Program-made: the position numbers and the translations under genes | Shown: one piece after another, positions 54,984-63,780 of the stretch | Position numbering within the stretch: the stretch's first letter is position 1 | Layout of the letters: every line of letters starts with the position of its first letter | Notes under the pieces: generated by a model | The model's database searches: none | Seen by the model: the letters and a program-made list of their open reading frames with translations, nothing else | Told to the model about the DNA's origin: nothing | From: an uncultured Mycoplasmatota bacterium | Lineage (GTDB): Bacteria > Bacillota_I > Bacilli_A > RF39 > UBA660 | Reading direction: 5' to 3' | Assembly: GCA_900551525.1 (NCBI GenBank) | Contig: URWD01000002.1 | Location: forward strand, 1,152 to 65,151 | Length of the DNA stretch: 64,000 bases

Positions 54984-56394
54984 GATTTGGATATAAATTT
55001 TCAAGTAATTGATATTGTATAGCTAAGTCAAGTGCTAAGGTAACAAGTACTTCTTTAGCTTTTGTGTAATCACAACACACAATTTTTTCAGTTCCATCAG
55101 GCATCACAAAAGTCTTTTTATTATGTTCATCAATTTTAATATTATGCATTTGTGAATTATGAATTTGATATATTCTATTATGAAGCCTAGGTGAGCCAAC
55201 AAATAAAGAAATTTTATTAATAGGATCAACAACAAGTTGAGTTCCAGCAAATCCAGGTGACATAAAAGCTCTACCAGAAAGTGGAGGATATACAGATAAA
55301 AATTCAGGATCTGGTTGTTTTAAATAAACTAAAGAACCATAAAATCTCGTATATTTATCATCATCTTTGAAGCCAGTTTCAGTATCACTCATAGATAATA
55401 AACTATCTTTAGTAATTAATCTTTCATCTATTAAGGCTTTAGCAAATTTTATCATATCATTTTTAGTAGAAAAGAAACCTGCATGACCTGGAGCAATTCC
55501 TTCTTTTTGACCAATAGCGTTAGCTTTTGGATCATGAACCGTACCAGGAACATTATCATATCTAGTTATAGCACTGCCATCCTGAGTAATAATCGTAGAG
55601 TAATTTTCATTAGCAACTCTATCTAAATCATAAGAAGGAACATTTAAATAAGTATTATACATTCCACATCTTCTAAATATCATTGTTTCTACAAATTTAT
55701 AAAACTTCATACAAGTAACTTTTTCCACTAAAACTCTTAAAATCATAGCTCCAATATCAGTATAAGCATTCTCAGGTTGAACATCTCTAGGATAAGCTTG
55801 ATATAAAATATTTAAAGCTTCTTCTTTATTTTTAGCGCTATCTATTCTACTTGGAGTAGCAACACTCACTCTAAATTTAAGTAAATCATATATAGTAGTA
55901 TTACCTAAGTTTTTAAATTCAGGTACATATTTTGTAACAGGTTCAAAAACATCAATTAATTTATCTTCAGCAAGTATCAAAATTGCAACCGCAGTAAATG
56001 TTTTTGAAGTTGAAGCTAAATCAAAAATAGTATTTTGTTCAATAGGTAATTCATCTTTAACTAGAATACCATTTTTCATAACATATTCTTGTCTATTACC
56101 ACATATAACAGTATCCCTATTTTTAAATGTTCCAAAATCCAATATAAGTCCCGGAGTAATCTGAGTATCTTTAACAAAATTATCAATTATTTCCTTTAAT
56201 CCACTTTGAAGAAATAATTTTAATCTAAGACTAGTTAAACTAGCATATGGATTTTCGCTGATAACTTTCATAACTGGTTTCAAAATCTTTTTATAATCTT
56301 TTTCAGTATAAATATCTTGCAAACAAGGTATATTAGTATCATATTGATTTTTTAATAATGTATCTAAATATTTTTTATAAGTAACATATTTCAT
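54949..56394 (-). CDS. Serine hydrolase of the beta-lactamase/transpeptidase-like (class C / esterase) family
   Basis: Motifs are ASTSKTFTA (SxxK), NAYTDIG and APGHAGFFST (HxG in place of KTG). Confidence 0.75.
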   Translation of the reverse strand: MKYVTYKKYLDTLLKNQYDTNIPCLQDIYTEKDYKKILKPVMKVISENPYASLTSLRLKLFLQSGLKEIIDNFVKDTQITPGLILDFGTFKNRDTVICGNRQEYVMKNGILVKDELPIEQNTIFDLASTSKTFTAVAILILAEDKLIDVFEPVTKYVPEFKNLGNTTIYDLLKFRVSVATPSRIDSAKNKEEALNILYQAYPRDVQPENAYTDIGAMILRVLVEKVTCMKFYKFVETMIFRRCGMYNTYLNVPSYDLDRVANENYSTIITQDGSAITRYDNVPGTVHDPKANAIGQKEGIAPGHAGFFSTKNDMIKFAKALIDERLITKDSLLSMSDTETGFKDDDKYTRFYGSLVYLKQPDPEFLSVYPPLSGRAFMSPGFAGTQLVVDPINKISLFVGSPRLHNRIYQIHNSQMHNIKIDEHNKKTFVMPDGTEKIVCCDYTKAKEVLVTLALDLAIQYQLLENLYPNQKEMHLVRELN

Positions 56395-56498
56395 CTTATT
56401 ATCCCCCTAAGACAATCTTATTATAATAAATGTTAAAAAATTTGTCAATTTATAGTGCATAATTTTCCAATATGTGGTAAAATGAAAAAGGTGAAAAT

Positions 56499-57674
56499 AT
56501 GAAAAGGACAAATAAGACAACAGAAGTAAAATGCACAGATTTTGCTAACACAATCTACAATATCAGAAAGAAAAGAGATATAACACAAAAAGAACTCGCA
56601 GATTTAATTGGTGTTTCAGATAGAACTATATCGAAATGGGAGAATGGTTCGACAGTTCCAGACTTAGAAACAATAAAGAAATTATGTAATGAATTAGGAA
56701 TATCTCCAGATTCAATAGTTAAATCGGAGAAAAATTATAAAGATAGACTTCAAGATTTTAAGAGAATGGTAGGTAAATTTTTAAATTATATTTTGAAAAA
56801 TATCTTTTTAATAGGTTTTATAGTTAATACAATAAGAATTTATAATCTGACTTATGAAAGTGAAAATATTACTTTTGAAGATGGTTATTTCTTCAAAACA
56901 AAGGTTTTAAATATAATAACTATCAACAACATCAAATTAGAGAAAATAAATTATGAACCAACAAGTACAAAAATAGAACTTTATACATACTTGAATGGAG
57001 ATAAACATGTAATTTACGAAAGTGATACACTTAACAACATTTATATAGAGGAAAGCAAATCCTACTCAGATTTATTAACAAAAGATGTAATTGAAAACAT
57101 CAAGAACAATTTATATATTAAAATTTATACAACAGATATAGATAACAATAATTATTCTTATGAAAGCAAATTAATATTAAAGCAAAAGTTAAACAATAAT
57201 AAACTTTGTTATAATGAATACATCAAAGAACAAAATAAAAAAATAGAGGATTTGGGTTTGCAAAATCCTTTTTTAGTGCTCAAAGAAAATAAGTATAATA
57301 ACGATAATACAACACCAGTAGTAGAAAGTGATAATAGTATAAATAAACTAGAAAGTTTAGGCTTTACTTATGATGAAAAAACTGAAACTTACACTAAAAT
57401 TGATGAAGATGGGGAGATCAAATACAAAACTAGTACAAATATAATAAAGATAACACACAGCTACGAAAGTAATTTATATGAAACCACACTCACAATTGCA
57501 AATCAGAGAATTTCTTGTACGATATTTGATAATAATGGTAATGTAGTAATGAATGTTAAATATATTATTGGAAGTAAAAATAAAGAGTGTCTCCTTGGCA
57601 ATTGCAAAAATTATAGTAATGAAATTAATCATATTCTCAGTATTTATAATGAAATAGTGAATGTTCTCCAATAA
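56499..57674 (+). CDS. XRE-family HTH protein with a TM segment and a large extracytoplasmic domain
   Basis: The HTH is IRKKRDITQKELADLIGVSDRTISKWENGSTVPDLETIKKL. The TM is ILKNIFLIGFIVNTI. Confidence 0.7.
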   Translation: MKRTNKTTEVKCTDFANTIYNIRKKRDITQKELADLIGVSDRTISKWENGSTVPDLETIKKLCNELGISPDSIVKSEKNYKDRLQDFKRMVGKFLNYILKNIFLIGFIVNTIRIYNLTYESENITFEDGYFFKTKVLNIITINNIKLEKINYEPTSTKIELYTYLNGDKHVIYESDTLNNIYIEESKSYSDLLTKDVIENIKNNLYIKIYTTDIDNNNYSYESKLILKQKLNNNKLCYNEYIKEQNKKIEDLGLQNPFLVLKENKYNNDNTTPVVESDNSINKLESLGFTYDEKTETYTKIDEDGEIKYKTSTNIIKITHSYESNLYETTLTIANQRISCTIFDNNGNVVMNVKYIIGSKNKECLLGNCKNYSNEINHILSIYNEIVNVLQ

Positions 57675-57728
57675 GAGAAATGCAACTCCCGCGATTTTCT
57701 ATTTCCTTTTTCGACATAATCTGATACG

Positions 57729-58583
57729 ATGAATGTGGAACAGAGAGGAGGTGCACTTGAACAGCTGAAAAAAATTATTATGACTATTTCAATTCTGTTA
57801 ATTATGATTATTTCAACAAATGTAAAGGCAGCAAATCTAACAGATGAAGAATATGCAAGACTTAGAAATTTATTTTCAGATGCACGTATATCAATGATGA
57901 GCGATGAAGATGCAGCAAGATATTTAAGTTATGATTTAGAGCATGTCAACAAAGTAAGTAAGTACTACAAGGTTACAGAAACAACAAATGGAACTATTGC
58001 AACAGAGGTCAGCAAAGAAGAAGCAATAGCGGCAGCAGAGACAGAGAATAATATATCCCCAACGGCTACTTACCATACAACATCATACAAAAATATCGAA
58101 ATATCTTCAACATATGTAAGCAAAAATAAATATTATATTAATTTGGTTAACGCATGGTTAATTACACCAAGAGTAAAATCATATGATGTAATTGCTATAC
58201 GTGTTAATGATGCCACAGTGGTTGATGGTACACAAATGGGGACACAATCATACGGCACAGGAAGTTCAAATGATATGGTAAATTATTCATATCAAGGAAC
58301 CAATATGGTTCTAAGTTCAAATGGTTTTGGTATATCAATGAATCTAGTTGATGCAGCAACAACATTTACTTGCGATATAGAAGCAGTGGTAACAGCAACA
58401 TCTCAGTGGGCTACAGTTTATGGTAGCTACCAACATGCAATGACAGCAGTTACACTAGCTAAATCAAAATCATACACAATAAGTCACAATGGTTATGGTA
58501 AAGTTATCAATTTTGCCACAGCTGTTCAAAACGATTATGATAACATGCAAGGAGTGTCAATTTCATTGGGATACACAGCATAG
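57729..58583 (+). CDS. Secreted T/A/S/G-rich protein of unknown function, compositionally atypical
   Basis: The ORF has the signal-like segment MTISILLIMIISTNVKA/AN. The start is uncertain: ATG 57729 has no RBS, and ATG 57780 lies 29 nt after GGAGG 57746-57750. Local G+C is far above that of the neighbours. Confidence 0.5.
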   Translation: MNVEQRGGALEQLKKIIMTISILLIMIISTNVKAANLTDEEYARLRNLFSDARISMMSDEDAARYLSYDLEHVNKVSKYYKVTETTNGTIATEVSKEEAIAAAETENNISPTATYHTTSYKNIEISSTYVSKNKYYINLVNAWLITPRVKSYDVIAIRVNDATVVDGTQMGTQSYGTGSSNDMVNYSYQGTNMVLSSNGFGISMNLVDAATTFTCDIEAVVTATSQWATVYGSYQHAMTAVTLAKSKSYTISHNGYGKVINFATAVQNDYDNMQGVSISLGYTA

Positions 58584-58764
58584 TAACAATTCTGAAATGC
58601 TATCATATAAGTATTCTATAAAAGCATATACAATACGTAGAGATTATAAGTGGTATTCAACAACAGTCAATTTAATAGTGTAGGAACTATACGAGGTTTG
58701 TGTTTAACATATATAATATATTAAGCTTTTGTAGTACAAAAAATCATCTTAGAATATTGCAACA

Positions 58765-58862
58765 TTTCCATTAATCCACCATGAGTCTAATTGTAGGAAT
58801 AAATTCCGTCCACACATCATACGATTAGAATAGAAAAATGAAAGATGGTGGATTAATGGAAA
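58765..58862 (+). promoter_or_regulatory. 18-nt perfect inverted repeat whose distal arm covers the spoIVA RBS and start codon
   Basis: TTTCCATTAATCCACCAT (58765-58782) is the exact reverse complement of ATGGTGGATTAATGGAAA (58845-58862). The second arm contains GGTGGA and ATG 58856. Confidence 0.6.
58799..58825 (+). promoter_or_regulatory. Sigma-E-like sporulation promoter candidate
   Basis: ATA (58799-58801), a 16-nt spacer, then CATACGAT (58818-58825). The published consensus is ATa-16/18-cATAca-T. This is matched by eye only. Confidence 0.3.
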
Positions 58863-60334
58863 AAGAAAAAATTATATCATCAATAGCAAAGCGCGGGGAT
58901 GGTGAAATCTACTTAGGAGTAGTTGGCGCTGTTCGTACAGGTAAATCAACATTCATTAAACGATTCATAGAAAATCTAGTTGTACCTAATATAACAGATG
59001 AATATGAAAAGAAAAGATGTTTAGATGAAATACCTCAAAGTGCGCAAGGTAAAACCATAATGACTACAGAACCTAAATTTGTACCAAGTAATGGTGCAAC
59101 AATCAAAGTCGGCGAATTCGAAACAAGCATCAAGTTAGTTGATTGTGTAGGTTATGTCATTCCTGAAGCTAATGGTTTTGTTGATGAAGAAGGAAATCCA
59201 AGGATGGTAAAAAGTCCATGGTTCGAGGATGCGATTCCCTTTGTTGAAGCGGCTGAAATAGGAACAGAGAAGGTTATCAAAGATCATGCAACAATAGGGA
59301 TTGTTGTCACAACAGATGGTTCATTCGGTGAAATCAAAAGGGAATCTTATCTCGATGCAGAAGAAAAAGTTGTAAGTGAATTAAAAACTATTGGAAAACC
59401 ATTCATAGTTATTCTAAATAGTATTCACCCAACTAATACTGAAACACAAGAACTAGCAAGAAACTTAAGTGATGCTTATGATGTGCCAGTAATGCCAATA
59501 AGTGCAGAGTTAATGAATGAAAAAGAGATAATGGAAATACTTAAAACAGCACTTTATGAATTCCCAGTTTTAGATATCAAAGTTAAAGTGCCAGAGTGGG
59601 TAAACGTATTACCAAATAATAATGAAATTAAAATGCATTATTTAGAAAAAATTAAAGAAAGTGTAATCAGTGTTGAAAAAGTTAAAGATGTTGACTATAT
59701 ATTGGAACATTTCAGCGATTCAGAATATATTTCAAACTCCTTTATATCTGAATTAGATGCATCTACGGGAACTGTTACAATAACTTTAGAAAGTTCAAAT
59801 GAACTTTACACACAAACACTTAAATCTTTAATGGGCGATATGGTAACTACTAAAGCAGGACTTTTAAAAATATTTGCTAATTATAAGGAAGATAAAGAAG
59901 AAATGGATTCTTTAAGAGGTGCTATAAAAATGGCCAAAAGTACTGGTTATGGAATAGTATATCCTGGATTAAAAGAATTAAAACTTCAAACTCCTGAACT
60001 TGTTAAACAAGGTAGCAGATATGGGGTAAAACTTAAAGCTGTTGCATCAAGCATTCACATGTTAAAAGTAGATGTTGAATCGACTTTTGAACCTATAATA
60101 GGTAGTGAATTGCAATCTAAAGAATTAATTGATAGATTAATGAAAGATTATGAAAACGATGCATCAAGTATTTGGAAAAGTGAAATATTTGGTAGAAGTC
60201 TTGAAGCAATTGTACAAGAGGGTATTCAAGCAAAACTTAGCATGATGCCAGATAATACAAGATATAAACTTAAAGACACAGTTTCTAAAATAGTAAATAA
60301 AGGTTCAAATACTTTAATTGCAATAGTAATTTAG
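58856..60334 (+). CDS. spoIVA: Stage IV sporulation protein A
   Basis: MEKEKIISSIAKRGDGEIYLGVVGAVRTGKSTFIKRF matches the SpoIVA N-terminus and Walker A. The track start at 58838 adds 6 residues that B. subtilis SpoIVA, as I recall it, lacks. Confidence 0.9.
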   Translation: MEKEKIISSIAKRGDGEIYLGVVGAVRTGKSTFIKRFIENLVVPNITDEYEKKRCLDEIPQSAQGKTIMTTEPKFVPSNGATIKVGEFETSIKLVDCVGYVIPEANGFVDEEGNPRMVKSPWFEDAIPFVEAAEIGTEKVIKDHATIGIVVTTDGSFGEIKRESYLDAEEKVVSELKTIGKPFIVILNSIHPTNTETQELARNLSDAYDVPVMPISAELMNEKEIMEILKTALYEFPVLDIKVKVPEWVNVLPNNNEIKMHYLEKIKESVISVEKVKDVDYILEHFSDSEYISNSFISELDASTGTVTITLESSNELYTQTLKSLMGDMVTTKAGLLKIFANYKEDKEEMDSLRGAIKMAKSTGYGIVYPGLKELKLQTPELVKQGSRYGVKLKAVASSIHMLKVDVESTFEPIIGSELQSKELIDRLMKDYENDASSIWKSEIFGRSLEAIVQEGIQAKLSMMPDNTRYKLKDTVSKIVNKGSNTLIAIVI

Positions 60335-60358
60335 CTATTGCTTTTTTTGTTAATTGAT

Positions 60359-60390
60359 AGGCACTTTTTATAAAAATGTGCCTTAATTTT
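60359..60390 (+). terminator. Terminator after spoIVA
   Basis: Stem AGGCAC (60359-60364) pairs with GTGCCT (60378-60383) with inner A/T pairs, followed by TAATTTT. Confidence 0.5.
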
Positions 60391-60402
60391 AAGTAATAAA
60401 AA

Positions 60403-60430
60403 AATCTAGGAGAATAATTTCTTCTAGATT
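60403..60430 (-). terminator. Terminator downstream of tRNA-Lys (minus strand)
   Basis: An 11-bp stem with one mismatch on the minus strand pairs AATCTAGGAGA (60403-60413) with TCTTCTAGATT (60420-60430). The A-run 60397-60402 becomes a U-run on the minus strand. Confidence 0.55.
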
Positions 60431-60445
60431 TTATAAGACTTTCAA

Positions 60446-60521
60446 TGGTGGGCTGTTAGGGATTCGAACCCTAGACCCATTGATTAAGAGTCAATTGCTC
60501 TACCAACTGAGCTAACAGCCC
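60446..60521 (-). tRNA. tRNA-Lys (anticodon CTT), CCA encoded
   Basis: The reverse complement is GGGCTGTTAGCTCAGTTGGTAGAGCAATTGACTCTTAATCAATGGGTCTAGGGTTCGAATCCCTAACAGCCCACCA. All four stems pair, the anticodon loop is CT-CTT-AA, and the T-loop is TTCGAAT. Confidence 0.95.
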
Positions 60522-60608
60522 ATTGTTAACATTTATTGTTTTAATTTCCAACAACAAATAGATTATATCAAAAAGTTATTCATAATGCAAGGTATTTGCA
60601 TAAAATAA

Positions 60609-60637
60609 TTGTTAATTTTTAGAATAAATGTTATACT
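60609..60637 (+). promoter_or_regulatory. Promoter candidate for the HerA-like gene
   Basis: TTGTTA (60609-60614), a 17-nt spacer, then TGtTATACT (60629-60637). Confidence 0.35.
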
Positions 60638-60662
60638 TAAATAAAGAATAGGAATGGTTGTT

Positions 60663-62390
60663 ATGTTTGGTAAGATAAAAAGAATAAATAATAATGAAGT
60701 TACTATTGAAAATACTTCTGGTAAAGCTATATCTAGTTTAATTGGATGTCATGTTATTTTTTTAGAAGATATCAGAAGAATAGTGGGTGAAGTAACATAT
60801 ATAGATGAAGTAGAAGCCAAAATACTTTTAGTTGGTGAAATAATAAATAATGTGTTTAATGCTGGTATAATTAAGAAACCTAGTGGTATAGCCCCAGTTA
60901 GAGTTATAAATAAAGATGAACTAGAACTTATTATCGGAAAAAGTGAAATTCAAAAAGAAAATTTATTACTTGGAACGTCTTCAATATATAAAACATTCAA
61001 TGTATCAGTACCATTAAATGATATATTTGCCAATCACTTAGCAATCATTGGTAATACTGGTTCAGGTAAATCCTGTGGAGTAGCAAGAATGCTTCAAAAT
61101 TTATTTTTTATAAACAAACCTATAAATTCTCACATAGTTTTATTTGATGCTTATGGTGAATACGTTGAAACATTTAAAAATATAAATAATCTAGGATTAA
61201 ATTTTGCTAGTTTTTCGGGAAATTCTAAAAATGGCAAAGAATATCAACTTAAATTTCCAGCATGGTTTTTAGACGTTGATGATTTAGCATTATTACTTCG
61301 AGTTTCTAGTCCAGATCAATTACCAGTTTTAAAAAAATCATTAAAATTAGTTAAAATATTTAAAAGTAATACCCCAGAAATTAAAAGATATAAAAACGAT
61401 ATTATAGCTAAATGTTTAATGGATATATTAACAAGTGGAAGATCATCAAGTACTATCAGAGACCAAGTAATTGCAGTTTTAACTCATTATAACACTGAAG
61501 ATTTAAATCTTGATTCAACCATACATCAACCAGGTTATGACAGAACATTTAGGCAATGTTTGTTAATTGATGATTCTGGAAAAATGAATGCAATTTTCGA
61601 AGTCATGAAGTTTTTACAACAATTTGAAAATATAGATTTAGAAAGCATAGATATTGTAGATGCTATGTGTTATTCTCTTGAAGATTTATATAGTGCTCTA
61701 GAGTTTTCTCTTATTAGTGAAGGAACCATTAATAATGATATAATTTATAAAGAGATGAATATTTTAAAAACAAGACTTCAAAGTATAATAAATAGTGATA
61801 CCAAACACATATTTAATGTTGATGAGTATATTGGAAAAGAAGAATTTGTAAGAGATATGTTTATTAAAAATAATTTAGTAAATATAGATTTAAGTGATAT
61901 TGATGATGATTTTGCTAAAGTACTAACTAAAATATATAGTAAGCTTTTATTTAATTATACAACTTCATTAGAAAAAAGAGGTAGTTCGTCATTTAATATT
62001 ATTTTGGAAGAAGCCCATAGATATGTACAAAATGATAATGATATAAATATAATTGGCTATAACATATTTGATAGAATTACTAAAGAAGGAAGAAAATATG
62101 GAACACTTCTTACATTTATTACGCAAAGACCTAGTGAACTTTCTACAACTTCTTTAAGTCAATGTGCAAACTTTATAGTATTCAGAGTATTTCATCCAGC
62201 AGACTTAGAGATTGTAAGAACAATGAGCACCAATGTATCAATGGCTAATATTGAGCAAATTAAATCGTTATCACCAGGTTCAGCTTTTGCCTTCGGGGTA
62301 GGATTTAAAATACCAATTTTAGTTAATTTTGAACTTCCAAATCCAATTCCGGAAAGTACAAGTGTTAATGTTAAAAATATTTGGTTTTAA
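60663..62390 (+). CDS. HerA/FtsK-like ATPase (DUF87 'helicase HerA central domain' family), stand-alone
   Basis: AGGA 60650-60653 precedes ATG 60663 (alternative 60654). The N-terminal barrel is KIKRINNNEVTIEN...IVGEVTYIDE. It has Walker A AIIGNTGSGKS, Walker B NIILEEAHRY, and ITQRPSELSTTSLSQCANFIVFRV. Confidence 0.75.
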   Translation: MFGKIKRINNNEVTIENTSGKAISSLIGCHVIFLEDIRRIVGEVTYIDEVEAKILLVGEIINNVFNAGIIKKPSGIAPVRVINKDELELIIGKSEIQKENLLLGTSSIYKTFNVSVPLNDIFANHLAIIGNTGSGKSCGVARMLQNLFFINKPINSHIVLFDAYGEYVETFKNINNLGLNFASFSGNSKNGKEYQLKFPAWFLDVDDLALLLRVSSPDQLPVLKKSLKLVKIFKSNTPEIKRYKNDIIAKCLMDILTSGRSSSTIRDQVIAVLTHYNTEDLNLDSTIHQPGYDRTFRQCLLIDDSGKMNAIFEVMKFLQQFENIDLESIDIVDAMCYSLEDLYSALEFSLISEGTINNDIIYKEMNILKTRLQSIINSDTKHIFNVDEYIGKEEFVRDMFIKNNLVNIDLSDIDDDFAKVLTKIYSKLLFNYTTSLEKRGSSSFNIILEEAHRYVQNDNDINIIGYNIFDRITKEGRKYGTLLTFITQRPSELSTTSLSQCANFIVFRVFHPADLEIVRTMSTNVSMANIEQIKSLSPGSAFAFGVGFKIPILVNFELPNPIPESTSVNVKNIWF

Positions 62391-62396
62391 TTTAAG

Positions 62397-62428
62397 ACTA
62401 TTCTAAATTGCATTAGAATAGTTTTTTT
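62397..62428 (+). terminator. Rho-independent terminator after the HerA-like gene
   Basis: A 10-bp stem pairs ACTATTCTAA (62397-62406) with TTAGAATAGT (62413-62422), followed by T7. TATAAT at 62431-62436 follows. Confidence 0.8.
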
Positions 62429-62456
62429 GCTATAATTAATAAGGAGGGTATTTATA

Positions 62457-63443
62457 ATGGGCTTATTTGATAAATTAAAAAATATAATTAATAAAAAAGA
62501 AAATATAGAAGTAAAAGATGAAAATGTACAAAAATATGATGAGGGTTTAGAAAAATCAAGAAATGAATTTGTTTCTAAACTTAGTATGCTTGGTATTAAA
62601 TATACTAAAATAAATGATGAATATTTTGATGAACTTGAAAATATTTTGATTATGGCTGATATTGGTATTAATACAGTTATGGATTTTATGGATAGACTTA
62701 GAAAAAGAGTAAAGTCTGAAAATATAACTGATACTAAATATTTAAATGAAGTTATTGTAGATGAACTTTTTATAATATATGTTAATAATGAATCTATAAC
62801 TGATAAAATAAATATGGCTGAAGATGGACCAACAGTTATACTTATGGTTGGTGTTAATGGAGTAGGTAAAACCACAACAATTGCCAAACTTGCTCATAAA
62901 TATAAAAATGAAGGCAAAAAGGTAATGTTAATAGCAGGTGATACGTTTAGAGCTGGAGCTGTTGAACAATTAAAAATTTGGGCAGATAGAACTAATTCTT
63001 TATTTTATGGTAAAGAAAATACTGACCCCGCTGGTGTTATTTATGATGGACTTGTAAAAGCAAAAGAAGATGGTGCTGATATAGTTTTAATTGATACTGC
63101 AGGTAGACTTCATAATAAAGTTAATTTAATGAAAGAACTAGAAAAAATAAATAAAGTTATTGGTAGAATTATTCCTGGGGCACCTCATGAAACATTACTT
63201 GTAATTGATGCCACTACTGGTCAAAATGGTATTATGCAAGCTAAAGCATTTAAAGAAATTACTGATATTACAGGAATAGTTTTAACTAAACTTGATGGAA
63301 CTGCTAAAGGTGGAATTGTACTTGCCATAAAGGAAGAAGTAAATATTCCTGTTAAGTTTGTAGGTCTTGGGGAAAAAATGACAGATTTAATTCCATTTGA
63401 TATAGAAAACTATATATATGGTTTATTTAAGGATTTGATGTAA
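62457..63443 (+). CDS. ftsY: Signal recognition particle receptor FtsY
   Basis: RBS AAGGAGGG precedes the start. Motifs are MGLFDKLKN, GVNGVGKTTT, DTAGR and TKLDGTAKGG. Confidence 0.95.
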   Translation: MGLFDKLKNIINKKENIEVKDENVQKYDEGLEKSRNEFVSKLSMLGIKYTKINDEYFDELENILIMADIGINTVMDFMDRLRKRVKSENITDTKYLNEVIVDELFIIYVNNESITDKINMAEDGPTVILMVGVNGVGKTTTIAKLAHKYKNEGKKVMLIAGDTFRAGAVEQLKIWADRTNSLFYGKENTDPAGVIYDGLVKAKEDGADIVLIDTAGRLHNKVNLMKELEKINKVIGRIIPGAPHETLLVIDATTGQNGIMQAKAFKEITDITGIVLTKLDGTAKGGIVLAIKEEVNIPVKFVGLGEKMTDLIPFDIENYIYGLFKDLM

Positions 63444-63742
63444 TGGAAGATTTTGTATATTATGGAGAACTATTTAATATATATGGTTCACTTCTAAATG
63501 AATCAAACAGAAAGTTTTATAAACTTTATTATGAAGAAAACTTTACATTACAAGAAATAGCAGATTTAGAAAAAGTATCTAAAAGTTATGTAGGTAATAT
63601 AATAAATAAAACAAGTAAAAAGTTAAAAGAATATGAAAGTAAGTTACATATTTATGAAAGTAAGAGAAAATTAGAAGAAATATTGTTTTTTGATAATATA
63701 AATCAGATAAAAAATAGTATAAAAGAAGTAATAGAGTTCTAA
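63443..63742 (+). CDS. ylxM: YlxM/UPF0122 putative DNA-binding protein (sigma-70 region-4-like)
   Basis: TAATG overlap with ftsY. Sequence: YGSLLNESNRKFYKLYYEENFTLQEIADLEKVSKSYV. Confidence 0.8.
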   Translation: MEDFVYYGELFNIYGSLLNESNRKFYKLYYEENFTLQEIADLEKVSKSYVGNIINKTSKKLKEYESKLHIYESKRKLEEILFFDNINQIKNSIKEVIEF

Positions 63743-63780
63743 TAAAAAATAATAATCATAATAATTAGTAAGGTGTATAT

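Noticed and set aside
58489-58683. 64-aa ORF overlapping the end of the 284-aa gene
   Set aside because: It is an out-of-frame overlap with no RBS and no motif.
58781-58828. 15-codon ORF (MSLIVGINSVHTSYD) between the arms of the spoIVA inverted repeat, considered as a leader peptide
   Set aside because: No Shine-Dalgarno sequence precedes it, and the sigma-E-like promoter candidate lies inside it.
60446-62428. HerA-like gene considered as a tRNA-Lys-integrated island
   Set aside because: The gene lies on the 5' side of the tRNA rather than at its 3' end. There is no integrase, and I could find no direct repeat of the tRNA 3' end.
62387-62887. 166-aa minus-strand ORF antisense to the ftsY 5' region
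   Set aside because: It lies entirely antisense to a well-supported gene. Its I/S/L/F-rich low-complexity translation is typical of reverse-frame ORFs in AT-rich DNA. It has no RBS.
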